Source: an uncultured Clavibacter sp. (GTDB lineage: Bacteria > Actinomycetota > Actinomycetes > Nanopelagicales > Nanopelagicaceae). From it: a DNA stretch of 64,000 nt. The stretch lies in the NCBI GenBank assembly GCA_937883945.1, contig CAKZXY010000055.1, positions 9,250 through 73,249 on the forward strand, given 5' to 3'. The position numbers and the translations under genes were made by a program. Under the pieces are notes generated by a model. It saw only the letters and a program-made list of their open reading frames with translations. It made no database searches and had not been told where the DNA came from. Below are positions 36,359 through 45,297 of this stretch, one piece after another. How positions within the stretch are numbered: the stretch's first letter is position 1; every line of letters starts with the position of its first letter.

Positions 36359-37231
36359 ATGCCCAGTGGTCGTGATATTCCATTATTACTTCTCGGAGTG
36401 ATTGGAATTGGAACCTCTGGACCAGTAATTGCCTTGAGCGCGATGCCAATTATCACTCTAATTTTCTGGCGAAACCTTGGCGGAGCGCTAATCATGGCGC
36501 CCTTTGCTTTGAGAAATGGCCAGTGGTTAAAGAGTGAAAATCGTCGAGGTCTTGCCTGGTCAATGGCGGCAGGATTTGTTCTAGCGCTTCACTTTATTGG
36601 ATTTTTCATAGCAATGAGATACACCACTGTGGCAGCAGGAACTGCCCTTACCGCTCTTCAACCAATCTTTGCTGCCTACTTTGTTAAGAAACTTGGCGGC
36701 CATATTCCAAGGCGAGCTTGGATTGGAATGGTCATTAGTTTTATCGGAGTTTTGATCATTACTGGAGTTGATTTTCAGATTTCAACTAGAGCTTTCATTG
36801 GAGATATAGCAGCAATTATCTGCGCTGCGCTTGCTGCGCTATATGTTCTACTTGGCTCTAAAGCGCAACAAACCCTAGCAACTTCGACCTATACCACTTT
36901 ATGTTATTTAACTTGTGCGCTTACAGCTCTTCCGATTGCACTGATCACTGGCGTACAGCTCATTGGATTTGAAGCTAAGCAATGGTGGTTATTACTTGCA
37001 CTAATTTTGGGAGCACAGATTCTTGGCCATACGATGTTTAATTTCTCACTCAAGAGAGTATCTCCAGCAATTGTTTCTTTAATAGTTTTCTTTGAAGTTC
37101 CAGTTGGCGCTCTTCTTGCCTTTTGGTGGCTTGATCAATTACCTCCACTTGGAACTGTTCCAGGGTTGATTCTTTTATTGGCAGGGTGTGCGATTTTTGT
37201 TATGCGTAGCAAGGATGGAGAAAAAGGGTAG
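36359..37231 (+). CDS. DMT/EamA-family transporter
   Basis: About ten predicted TM helices with the duplicated EamA pattern. The start is ambiguous (GTG at 36335 or ATG at 36359). Confidence 0.75.
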   Translation: MPSGRDIPLLLLGVIGIGTSGPVIALSAMPIITLIFWRNLGGALIMAPFALRNGQWLKSENRRGLAWSMAAGFVLALHFIGFFIAMRYTTVAAGTALTALQPIFAAYFVKKLGGHIPRRAWIGMVISFIGVLIITGVDFQISTRAFIGDIAAIICAALAALYVLLGSKAQQTLATSTYTTLCYLTCALTALPIALITGVQLIGFEAKQWWLLLALILGAQILGHTMFNFSLKRVSPAIVSLIVFFEVPVGALLAFWWLDQLPPLGTVPGLILLLAGCAIFVMRSKDGEKG

Positions 37232-37241
37232 CCTTACCCTC

Positions 37242-38105
37242 ATGCTTATTGATTTACATACCCATACCAATGCAAGCGATGGGACTGATACGCCTTCTGG
37301 GTTAATCGATAAGGCAATTGCTGCAGGTATTGGGGTATTGGCGTTAACGGATCATGACACTACTCGCGGCTGGCAGGAGGCATCTAGCGCTCTGCTCAAT
37401 CATCCCTCTGGCTCTGATATGGAATTGGTCTTGGGCTCAGAAATTTCTTGCCAAGATGAAGATGGGCTCAGTATTCATATGCTTGGTCTGCTCTTTGATT
37501 CAAGCCATCAAGCGCTCATTGATGAACTTGATAAGACAAGAGAGCATCGCCTATTTCGTATGGAGAAGATAATTACTCGCCTAAATGAAGCTGGAATTAA
37601 AATTAGCATAGATGAGGTTTATGCCATGCGCACCGGAGATGCCACCCTAGGCCGGCCACATCTAGCAGATGCTTTAGTTGCTAAGGGACATGTGGCATCG
37701 CGCCAAGAAGCATTTGAAATTTTCTTACATAATAAATCTAAATACTATGTAAATCATTATTCACCAACTCCAGAGGCTGCTATAAAGCTAATCAAGCAGG
37801 CTGGAGGTGTTGCAGTAATCGCTCATCCATTTGCTTCAAAGCGTGGCAAGACTCTTAAAATTGAAGCATTTGATCACTTAATTGCTGCTGGACTTGATGG
37901 AATTGAAGTTGATCACCCAGATCACTCAGATAGTGAGAAAGCTGAGCTTGTCTCACTTGCAATAGCGCGAAACCTCGTTATTACTGGCTCAAGTGATTAC
38001 CACGGAGATGGAAAATTAAATCGATTAGCGCAATTCACCACAAATCCTGAACAATGGGCCCAACTTGAGTCAAGAGCAAATCAGAGAAGGGTTGTGAAGC
38101 GATGA
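37242..38105 (+). CDS. PHP-domain metal-dependent phosphoesterase (TrpH/YciV-like)
   Basis: LIDLHTHTNASDG N-terminal PHP motif. Start at the ATG at 37242. Confidence 0.8.
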   Translation: MLIDLHTHTNASDGTDTPSGLIDKAIAAGIGVLALTDHDTTRGWQEASSALLNHPSGSDMELVLGSEISCQDEDGLSIHMLGLLFDSSHQALIDELDKTREHRLFRMEKIITRLNEAGIKISIDEVYAMRTGDATLGRPHLADALVAKGHVASRQEAFEIFLHNKSKYYVNHYSPTPEAAIKLIKQAGGVAVIAHPFASKRGKTLKIEAFDHLIAAGLDGIEVDHPDHSDSEKAELVSLAIARNLVITGSSDYHGDGKLNRLAQFTTNPEQWAQLESRANQRRVVKR

Positions 38106-38713
38106 GCGATATCAGCACAATTACATTTGGTTTGCAGGCATTTGTAACCTTACTTGTAATTTTAGATCCGCCAGGTGCTACTCCAATCTTTTTATCCGTT
38201 CTAGGAGATCGCACTCGGCGTCAGAGAACTCTTCTTGCCTGGCAAGCTGCCGGCACATCGCTATTTGTTATTACTTTATTTGCTCTCTTTGGCCAATTTA
38301 TCGTTGATTACCTTGAGATTTCTATGCCAGCTCTAAGAGGAGCCGGGGGGCTACTTCTTCTATTGGTCTCACTTGATTTACTAAAGGGAAGTGACTTTAA
38401 CGGTGGTGGAAAAATTCCAAAGAACTTGGCTTTAGTCCCACTTGGCACTCCACTACTGGCAGGCCCTGGAGCAATTGTAACTATCATGCTCTTTAGCCAA
38501 GAAGTTTCTAGCACCTCTATGACCTTTGCACTCTCACTTGCGGTACTTGGAGCGCATCTGATTATTGGAGTTACTCTGATGTTCTCGCTTGGAATTGTGA
38601 AAATCATAAAAGAATCTGGAGTGGCTCTCCTTGCAAAGATTGCAGGCCTTCTAACTGCTGCAATTGCATTTGAGATGTTAATGACTGGAATTAAGGATCT
38701 TTTTGCCTCATGA
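38102..38713 (+). CDS. MarC-family (UPF0056) integral membrane protein
   Basis: Six-TM protein with the LVILDPPGATPIFL motif. ATGA overlap with the PHP gene. Confidence 0.75.
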   Translation: MSDISTITFGLQAFVTLLVILDPPGATPIFLSVLGDRTRRQRTLLAWQAAGTSLFVITLFALFGQFIVDYLEISMPALRGAGGLLLLLVSLDLLKGSDFNGGGKIPKNLALVPLGTPLLAGPGAIVTIMLFSQEVSSTSMTFALSLAVLGAHLIIGVTLMFSLGIVKIIKESGVALLAKIAGLLTAAIAFEMLMTGIKDLFAS

Positions 38714-39492
38714 GTTTAGGTTTTTTCTCCCCTGATTCCATAACCTGGAAAGTTCACTCCGATCCTTCAATGTTTGTGGGAGGAATTAGAGCGCTGCTAC
38801 AGCAAGCGCTCCATCCTGAGGCGATGGCGGGAGTGGCAGCGCATTCCAACTTCCGCGAAGATGCTTGGGGAAGACTTGAGAGAACTGGAGATTATGTTGC
38901 AACTCTTACCTTTGCTAGCAAAGAAAAGGCTGAGAAGTTAGCTGCCAGAGTTAGAGGTGTTCACGAGAAGTTAAAGCTTGATGATCAAAGGCTTCTGCTC
39001 TGGGTTCATATGGCGATGGTTGATTCATTCTTAGATACAGCGCTTCGATCCGGGCTGGTATTAAGTGAAAGAGAGCGCGATCAATATCTCGAGGAGATGG
39101 TGATCTTTGCTCGCTTAGTTGGTATTGACGAGGAGAAAGTTCCAAGAAGTGTTGCTCAATTAGATAAATACTTCATAGATATTAAAGATGAGCTCTATGC
39201 CAGCGATGATGCCAAACGTGCTGCCTTATTTATAGCCCTTCCTCCGCTTCCACCACTTCTTCGCTTTGGAACTCCAATCGCTCCGCTATGGGGAGGTATT
39301 ACGTCCATTGCAGCAGCCTGCCTTCCTAAGTGGGCTAAATCTTTATACGCCTGGCCAACTCTTCCTGGCCAAGATGTTGCTACAAATATCGCTCTTAGAT
39401 CGCTTCGAAGCGCTCTTCTTTTAGTTCCTGAAGGCTTAAGACAGACACCTGAAATGAAATTTGCATTTGCACAGATGGGCGCAGATAAGTGA
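38710..39492 (+). CDS. DUF2236 / MpaB-like oxygenase family protein
   Basis: SITWKVHSDPSMFVGGIRALLQQALHPEAMAGV matches the DUF2236 N-terminal signature. Confidence 0.7.
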   Translation: MSLGFFSPDSITWKVHSDPSMFVGGIRALLQQALHPEAMAGVAAHSNFREDAWGRLERTGDYVATLTFASKEKAEKLAARVRGVHEKLKLDDQRLLLWVHMAMVDSFLDTALRSGLVLSERERDQYLEEMVIFARLVGIDEEKVPRSVAQLDKYFIDIKDELYASDDAKRAALFIALPPLPPLLRFGTPIAPLWGGITSIAAACLPKWAKSLYAWPTLPGQDVATNIALRSLRSALLLVPEGLRQTPEMKFAFAQMGADK

Positions 39493-40199
39493 AGACTTTA
39501 GTAATTGCCAATAGCGCAGGGGGAGTAGGAAAGAGCACCTCCGCTCACTGTATAGCTGTAGCTGCAAGTGAGTATGGCAAAAAGGTTTTATTAATAGATG
39601 CAGATCCAGCAGCTGGTTTAACTTTTGCTTGCGGAATTGAAAATCCTAGAGTTAGTACTAAAGAGTTTCTATCTGGCCAGTTCTCAATTGATGCCTCAAT
39701 AATTAAAAGCGGAGAGCGATTCTCAATCATTGCCTCATCTAGTCGCCTTCTTGCTATAGATATTGATCAAGCTATCTCTCCAGCAAAACTCATTGAGCTG
39801 CTAGCCAGCTTTGATTTAGTAATTATTGATACGCCAACTGGGGTATCAAGGATTACTACCTACTTTATGGCCAGCGCTGATCTAATCGTGCTTACTAGCA
39901 CAACAGAAATTCTCTCTCTTCGAGGAGCGCTAAATAGTAAAGATTATGCCGAAAGCGCAGGCCATAGCGGGCAACTACAACTTTTAATTACTAAGGCAAC
40001 TCAAGTGCTTGATGATGAGTTTAAATCACTGATAGGTGAAGATTTTGCGCTCCTTGAACCAACAATTCGCTCTTCTTTGCAAGTATCTGCCGCTCAGAGC
40101 CAGGCTATGAGCGTATTATCTTTAGATGCAAAAAGTGAAGTTGCTGCCGATTATCGCGAAGTTACCTATTCATTATTGGAAAAATTAGAACTTATCTAA
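39489..40199 (+). CDS. ParA/MinD-like P-loop ATPase (Rv3213c-like orphan Soj/ParA-related protein)
   Basis: Walker A region VIANSAGGVGKSTSA: the P-loop Lys is kept but the deviant signature Lys is replaced. LLIDADP Walker A' motif. GTG start overlaps the upstream stop (GTGA). Confidence 0.75.
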   Translation: MKTLVIANSAGGVGKSTSAHCIAVAASEYGKKVLLIDADPAAGLTFACGIENPRVSTKEFLSGQFSIDASIIKSGERFSIIASSSRLLAIDIDQAISPAKLIELLASFDLVIIDTPTGVSRITTYFMASADLIVLTSTTEILSLRGALNSKDYAESAGHSGQLQLLITKATQVLDDEFKSLIGEDFALLEPTIRSSLQVSAAQSQAMSVLSLDAKSEVAADYREVTYSLLEKLELI

Positions 40200-40200
40200 T

Positions 40201-40464
40201 TTAAGCGCCAGCAAATCCAACTCGACGTTCAGCAATATCGCCAATCTCAATCGAACCAATTTTTCCTGCAGGTACTACAAACTGCCGCCCTCTAATATCG
40301 GTTAGCGCTAAAGGGGCCGAGGAAGTTAGAGCTTTGTTGACCAGAGCTAGTACTTCATCACGATCAAGAGAAGTTTCTATCGTTAGCTCACGAAGCTGAT
40401 CAGCTACGGATATGCGAACTTCTGACTTTGCAGATTCTGGCTTCCCACTCTTTTTTGTACTCAT
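40201..40464 (-). CDS. DUF3107-family protein (TB9.4/Rv3208A-like)
   Basis: The C-terminal pattern LTDIRGRQFVVPAGKIGSIEIGDIAERRVGF matches my recollection of DUF3107. Adjacent to a TetR gene, as in Mycobacterium. Confidence 0.7.
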   Translation of the reverse strand: MSTKKSGKPESAKSEVRISVADQLRELTIETSLDRDEVLALVNKALTSSAPLALTDIRGRQFVVPAGKIGSIEIGDIAERRVGFAGA

Positions 40465-40519
40465 AGCCCTATCCTAAAGAGTTTTAGTAGATTTTGCTTC
40501 TTCATATTTCTAAAGACTT

Positions 40520-41146
40520 CTAGCTCTGTAAGGGAAAGCCAGAGATTCCCCGCCAGAGTAGATTGGTAACTAGGGATGTTGCTTCAGAGCGATTAATTTT
40601 TCCATCTCTTTCAAGCCAATGGCGGGCGGTAATTTGAGCGCAACCGATCAATCCAATAGCCAGCACCATCGACTCCTCTTTTGGAAATCCAGTATCTAGT
40701 GAGATAACCGCGCTAACTGCTACAGCGCAGTCATAGGTCATGCGATCAAGCCTCTGTCTTACTTGAGGTTCTGCGCTCATATCACTTTCAAATAGCAATC
40801 GAAATGCTCCACCTTCATCATCGATAAATTCAAAATATGCAGCAACGGTGGCCTTTACTCGATTCTTATTCTCTTTATTTGAGGCGATAGCTTTCTGAAT
40901 AGCAAAGACGAGAGAATCGATATGAACATCTAGTAGGGCTAGATACAGGTCTAGTTTTGAAGGAAAGTGTTGATAGAGCACTGGCTTACTAACTCCGGCT
41001 CGATCTGCAATTTCATCCATAGCAGCTGCGTGATAACCCGAGACGGTAAAGACCTCAAGGGCGGCGCTTAGTAGCAGGGCGCGTCGTTCATCTCGCGGAA
41101 GGCGAACCCGATTATCTACTTTCTCACTATTGCTCATCGGAGCCAT
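40520..41146 (-). CDS. TetR/AcrR-family transcriptional regulator
   Basis: N-terminal HTH (GYHAAAMDEIADRAGVSKPVLYQHFPSK). Confidence 0.9.
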   Translation of the reverse strand: MAPMSNSEKVDNRVRLPRDERRALLLSAALEVFTVSGYHAAAMDEIADRAGVSKPVLYQHFPSKLDLYLALLDVHIDSLVFAIQKAIASNKENKNRVKATVAAYFEFIDDEGGAFRLLFESDMSAEPQVRQRLDRMTYDCAVAVSAVISLDTGFPKEESMVLAIGLIGCAQITARHWLERDGKINRSEATSLVTNLLWRGISGFPLQS

Positions 41147-41202
41147 GCTACGAGATTTGGCAAGATTTCACTAATAGAACTCGTGTAGCCTTCCGAACCA
41201 CG

Positions 41203-42066
41203 ATGAGAAAACCACGCTTACTTCTAGTTCACGCCCATCCAGATGATGAGACTATAAACAATGGTGTAACTATGGCTAAGTATGTTGCTATGGGTTATGG
41301 CGTAACTCTTATTACTTGCACCAGAGGTGAAGAGGGTGAGATTTTAGTTCCAGAGCTCCAACATCTTGCAAGTGGAAGAGAAGATGCTCTTGGTCCAGTT
41401 CGCGAAGTTGAATTAGCAAATGCGATGAAAGTTTTGGGAGTAGTTGATTATCGCTTTCTTGGTTCTTCAAAAAAGTCATGGCGTGATAGTGGAATGATGG
41501 ATTCAGAGCCAAATTCAAGAAAAGATAATTTCTGGAGCGCTGATGTTGATGACGCAGCGGAATCTTTAGTTGAGGTAATACTTGAGATTAAACCTGATGT
41601 GATGGTTACCTATGATGAAATCGGTGGCTATGGACATCCTGATCACATTCAAGCCCATAGAGTTGCAATGCGAGCAAGTGAGATAGCAGCCGAGCGTGGT
41701 TGGCAGATTCAAAAAATTTATTGGAACACAATTCCTATCTCAGTTATTGAGCAGGGAATTGAGGCGATGAAGGGTAGTGGAAGTGATTTCTGGGGAGTAG
41801 AGAAGGCTGAAGATTTTCCTTTTGCTCAACCAGATAATTTAGTAACAACGGTAATTGATGGCCAAGATTTTGTAGATAAAAAGATGGAGGCGATGAGAGC
41901 TCATCCGACTCAAATTGCAGTGGATGGACCATTCTTTGCTCTCTCCGATAATTTAGGGTTTAAAGTTTGGGGACAAGAGTTTTATCGCTTGGTCTATGGC
42001 AAAGCCAGCGCTCCATTTAATCAAGAGGGGCGAGAGACCGATCTCTTTTCAGGAATCCAGCTATGA
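41203..42066 (+). CDS. mshB: GlcNAc-Ins deacetylase (PIG-L/LmbE family, mycothiol biosynthesis)
   Basis: LLLVHAHPDDETINNG and HPDH motifs. Followed by a small membrane protein, as in the Rv1170-Rv1171 synteny. Confidence 0.8.
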   Translation: MRKPRLLLVHAHPDDETINNGVTMAKYVAMGYGVTLITCTRGEEGEILVPELQHLASGREDALGPVREVELANAMKVLGVVDYRFLGSSKKSWRDSGMMDSEPNSRKDNFWSADVDDAAESLVEVILEIKPDVMVTYDEIGGYGHPDHIQAHRVAMRASEIAAERGWQIQKIYWNTIPISVIEQGIEAMKGSGSDFWGVEKAEDFPFAQPDNLVTTVIDGQDFVDKKMEAMRAHPTQIAVDGPFFALSDNLGFKVWGQEFYRLVYGKASAPFNQEGRETDLFSGIQL

Positions 42067-42374
42067 AGTCTTTAATCAGTCTGCTCTTTGGAGCGTTAGT
42101 TGGAGTCTCTGGAACATTTCTTCATAATGCATATAGACCTTTTGGGCTAATAGTTTCATTACTGGCGCTACTTCTAGGACTTCGTTTGGTGAGAAATATG
42201 TATCTCTCTAAGTCATCTCTTGCACTTTTTGCCATTGGTTGGCTCTTTGTAATTGTTAGAGCATCAAGTCTTGGTAATGGCGGAGAAGTTCTAATTGAGG
42301 CTAATGCCTATGGAAATCTCTTTGTATTTGGGGGAGCAGCGCTAATCTCTTGGAGATTACTTAAGAGAATTTAA
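42063..42374 (+). CDS. Small integral membrane protein (Rv1171-like position)
   Basis: 103 aa with three hydrophobic segments. ATGA overlap with mshB. Confidence 0.6.
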   Translation: MKSLISLLFGALVGVSGTFLHNAYRPFGLIVSLLALLLGLRLVRNMYLSKSSLALFAIGWLFVIVRASSLGNGGEVLIEANAYGNLFVFGGAALISWRLLKRI

Positions 42375-42377
42375 GTT

Positions 42378-43829
42378 CTAACTCCTCCAGCTCCAGCTCT
42401 GGCCAGATGGTGAGTCACTTACAGAAATACCAAGCAATAAAAGTTGATCTCGTATCTGATCACTTAAGGCAAAGTCTTTGCTCGCCCTCGCGCTCTGTCT
42501 TGCCTCTAATAATACTTTAGCTCCATCTGGCAGCTCTTTGATCGGCATCTGCTCAAGTAGTTTTAAGGCAAGAAGTGGTTCAAGTGCCTCTAATATCGCT
42601 GCCTTCTCTCCATCTGAAAATTGATTATTTTTTTCTAGCGATCTGAGTTTTAGCATCACTTGAGGGGTATCTAAATCTGCTTGGAAGTGAGTAAGAATTG
42701 CTAGGACAAATGAGCTAGCTGCATCTGAATAATCCTTGGGAGCCAATTTCCATTGTTGATATTTAGCTCTCAAACGTTGCAAGGTTGAATTAGCAGCGCT
42801 AATCGAGTTCCAAGATAGATCCATCTGAGATCGGTAGCGATTTTCAAGGAAGCAGAAACGCAGTGCTAGAGGGTCAAATCCACGTGCGATCACATCAGAG
42901 AGAAGAACTACATTCCCAGAACTCTTTGACATCTTTCTTCCTTCAAATAAGAGATGCTCGCCGTGGAGCCAGGCGCTAACTGCTTCACCTTCTACTAAAG
43001 GATTTGATTGGGCTCTCTCGTTTTCATGATGGGGGAATCTAAGATCAATGCCACCGATATGTAGATCAACATGTCCTTGCAGATAATGAAGCGACATTGC
43101 AGAACATTCAATATGCCAGCCAGGAAATCCTGAGCCATAAGTTGTCTGCCAGATCATCTCTCTGCGATTTCCGGCAGCTTTCCAGAGAGCCCAATCGGCA
43201 TGAAATCTCTTTGCTCCAGCTTCAACATATTCATAGTGATGACCAGGCTTGAGCGCATCTAGACGATTTCCACTTAACTGGCCATAACTATCAAACTTAG
43301 TGCTATCAAAATATATTGAGGAATCATCGCCTTGATAGGCAAGTTTTAATTCAATTAATTTTTCGATGTGCACAAGCATCATCTCGATGCACTCACTGGC
43401 TCTGGGATAGTTGTGAGCTGGGAGAATATTTAACCCTGCCAAGTCCTTGTGAAACTTCTCTTCATATTCTCTTGCAATAGAGTAAGGATCGCGTTTTTCA
43501 AGTTTTGATTGAGCCAGCATTTTATCTTCTTCAAAATCTTCACTCATATGGCCAACATCTGTAATGTTCTGAACTACCTTGACTTTAAGACCAGAAAACT
43601 CCAAGGTTCTACGGACTAGATCACTAAGCAAAAAAGTCCTTAGATTGCCAACATGAGCATCGCGATAGACAGTTGGTCCGCAGCAGTAGATTCTTACCGC
43701 TTTGCCATCGCTGGCAGTAATAGGCAGCACTTTTCGCTCTAAAGTGTCATAGATATATAGCCCATTATTTGGTTTTGGCTCGCGCTCCACCCCCTTATTT
43801 TGTAGGATTAGACCCTGCAATGTAAGCAT
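42378..43829 (-). CDS. cysS: Cysteine--tRNA ligase
   Basis: HIGH-type AHVGNLRTF, GGIDLRFPHHENE, KMSKS and a CysRS-type C-terminal domain (KDFALSDQIRDQL). Start set at the ATG at 43829; the 5' 83 codons of the track ORF run antisense through fdxA and are rejected. Confidence 0.85.
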   Translation of the reverse strand: MLTLQGLILQNKGVEREPKPNNGLYIYDTLERKVLPITASDGKAVRIYCCGPTVYRDAHVGNLRTFLLSDLVRRTLEFSGLKVKVVQNITDVGHMSEDFEEDKMLAQSKLEKRDPYSIAREYEEKFHKDLAGLNILPAHNYPRASECIEMMLVHIEKLIELKLAYQGDDSSIYFDSTKFDSYGQLSGNRLDALKPGHHYEYVEAGAKRFHADWALWKAAGNRREMIWQTTYGSGFPGWHIECSAMSLHYLQGHVDLHIGGIDLRFPHHENERAQSNPLVEGEAVSAWLHGEHLLFEGRKMSKSSGNVVLLSDVIARGFDPLALRFCFLENRYRSQMDLSWNSISAANSTLQRLRAKYQQWKLAPKDYSDAASSFVLAILTHFQADLDTPQVMLKLRSLEKNNQFSDGEKAAILEALEPLLALKLLEQMPIKELPDGAKVLLEARQSARASKDFALSDQIRDQLLLLGISVSDSPSGQSWSWRS

Positions 43830-43886
43830 CGCATATGCCAATTCGGTGTTTATATCTTTTAGTTTTTTCTCTGAAAGGAGTTTCAG

Positions 43887-44213
43887 GTGACATACATCAT
43901 CGCCCTTCCCTGTGTAGATGTAATGGATAAATCTTGCATTGAAGAGTGCCCCGTTGATTGCATCTATGAGGGCGATCGAATGATGTATATCCAACCTGAT
44001 GAGTGTGTGGATTGCGGGGCATGCGAACCAGTTTGCCCAGTTGAGGCAATTTATTATGAAGATGATGTTCCAGCTCAATACAGTGAATACACGGCGGTCA
44101 ATGCCGAATTCTTTGACGAGCTAGGCTCACCTGGCGGAGCAGCAAAAGTTGGAAGAGTTGGCAAAGATCATCCAGTGCTTCTGCAGATTCAAAAAAAACC
44201 TGCAGGCGAGTAA
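43887..44213 (+). CDS. fdxA: 7Fe (3Fe-4S/4Fe-4S) ferredoxin
   Basis: MTYIIALPCVDVMDKSCIEECPVDCIY...CVDCGACEPVCPVEAI cysteine pattern. GTG start preceded by AAAGGAG. Confidence 0.9.
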   Translation: MTYIIALPCVDVMDKSCIEECPVDCIYEGDRMMYIQPDECVDCGACEPVCPVEAIYYEDDVPAQYSEYTAVNAEFFDELGSPGGAAKVGRVGKDHPVLLQIQKKPAGE

Positions 44214-44223
44214 GTAGGCAAAG

Positions 44224-45297
44224 ATAAAACTCCCTGATTTTCCTTGGGATGCCCTTGCGCCATATGGGCAAAAAGCTCGAGCCCATAGCCAGGGAATCAT
44301 AGATCTCTCCCAAGGCACTCCAGTTGATCCCACCCCAGATTTCATTCAAGAAGAACTAAAAGCCGGTAGTAATTCACCAAGCTATCCATTAACTACTGGA
44401 AGCGCTCCGCTTCGAGAAGCGCTTAAGAAATATTGTATTGAAACCCTTGGTGCGAGTGGTGACTTTGATGTCCTGCCAACAATTGGCTCAAAAGAATTAG
44501 TAGCGCTATTGGCATATATGTTGGAGGCTAAATCAGTTCTAATTCCAGAAATTGCTTACCCGACTTATAAAGTCGGAGCGCTATTAGCTAGAGCTGAACT
44601 CTTTGAAGTTGGAATTGATGCAAATACTTGGCCAAAGAGAGCGGATTTAGCCTGGATTAACTCACCATCAAATCCAACTGGGCGGGTTCATAGCAAAGGA
44701 GAACTTGAGGCCTGCCTTGCCTGGGTAAGAGAGTCTGGAGCAATCCTTGCAAGTGATGAGTGTTATCTGCCCTTTACCAATGGAATTAAAGCTCACTCTA
44801 TTTTGGCAATTGCTAAGGGCGATAACACCTCACTCCTAGCGGTTCATTCACTCTCTAAGCGATCAAATATGGCGGGCTATAGAGGAGCATTTGTTGCTGG
44901 CGATTCTAAGTTGATAGCTCAATTACTAGAGATAAGAAAACATATGGGGATGATGCTTCCCCTGCCAATTCAACGTTCAATGGCAATCGCCCTATCAGAT
45001 CAGAGCCATGTTGATAAGCAAGCAGGGAGATATCAAGCAAGGCGAGAGGTGCTAGCCAAAGCGCTAATAGAAGCAGGATTTAAAATTGAATTTTCAGAAG
45101 CTGGGCTCTATATCTGGTGTAGTAGAGATGAAAGTGATTGGGATAGCGTGGCTTGGTTTGCTGAGTTAGGAATTCTTGTTACTCCAGGAAGTTTCTATGG
45201 AGTTAAAGCAGATAGATATGTTCGCATCGCTCTAACTGCTAGCGATGAAAATATCTCAAGTGCAGCCTCTCGCATTATCGAGGCGATAAAGCCATGA
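44224..45297 (+). CDS. dapC: Succinyldiaminopimelate aminotransferase-like PLP enzyme (Rv1178/DapC-like); start codon unresolved
   Basis: The frame is open from 44218, just after an in-frame TAG at 44215-44217. The first 97 codons encode a conserved-looking aminotransferase N-terminus (LPDFPWDALAPYG...GTPVDPTP...PTIGSKE), but the first ATG/GTG/TTG in frame is the TTG at 44509. ATA at 44224 is the only translation-table-11 start codon near the expected N-terminus. SLSKRSNMAGYR carries the PLP lysine motif. Confidence 0.65.
   Translation: MKLPDFPWDALAPYGQKARAHSQGIIDLSQGTPVDPTPDFIQEELKAGSNSPSYPLTTGSAPLREALKKYCIETLGASGDFDVLPTIGSKELVALLAYMLEAKSVLIPEIAYPTYKVGALLARAELFEVGIDANTWPKRADLAWINSPSNPTGRVHSKGELEACLAWVRESGAILASDECYLPFTNGIKAHSILAIAKGDNTSLLAVHSLSKRSNMAGYRGAFVAGDSKLIAQLLEIRKHMGMMLPLPIQRSMAIALSDQSHVDKQAGRYQARREVLAKALIEAGFKIEFSEAGLYIWCSRDESDWDSVAWFAELGILVTPGSFYGVKADRYVRIALTASDENISSAASRIIEAIKP

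Noticed and set aside
42378-43829. Possibility that the CysRS-family gene next to mshB is the mycothiol ligase MshC
   Set aside because: It has the HHENE motif and the full C-terminal anticodon-binding extension (about 483 aa) typical of true CysRS. MshC proteins are shorter and lack that domain. The adjacency to mshB is noted but is not sufficient.
43830-44078. 5' extension of the cysS ORF (83 extra codons in the track, reaching 44078)
   Set aside because: The extension runs antisense through the well-supported fdxA gene and encodes a low-complexity, Ile/Asn/Trp-rich peptide. The CysRS homology starts only after the ATG at 43829.
44191-44198. A8 homopolymer near the end of fdxA, considered as a programmed frameshift site that might fuse fdxA to the start-less aminotransferase
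   Set aside because: Both alternative frames hit stop codons (TAG at 44215, TAA at 44223-44225) before joining the aminotransferase frame, so a slip here cannot generate a fusion.
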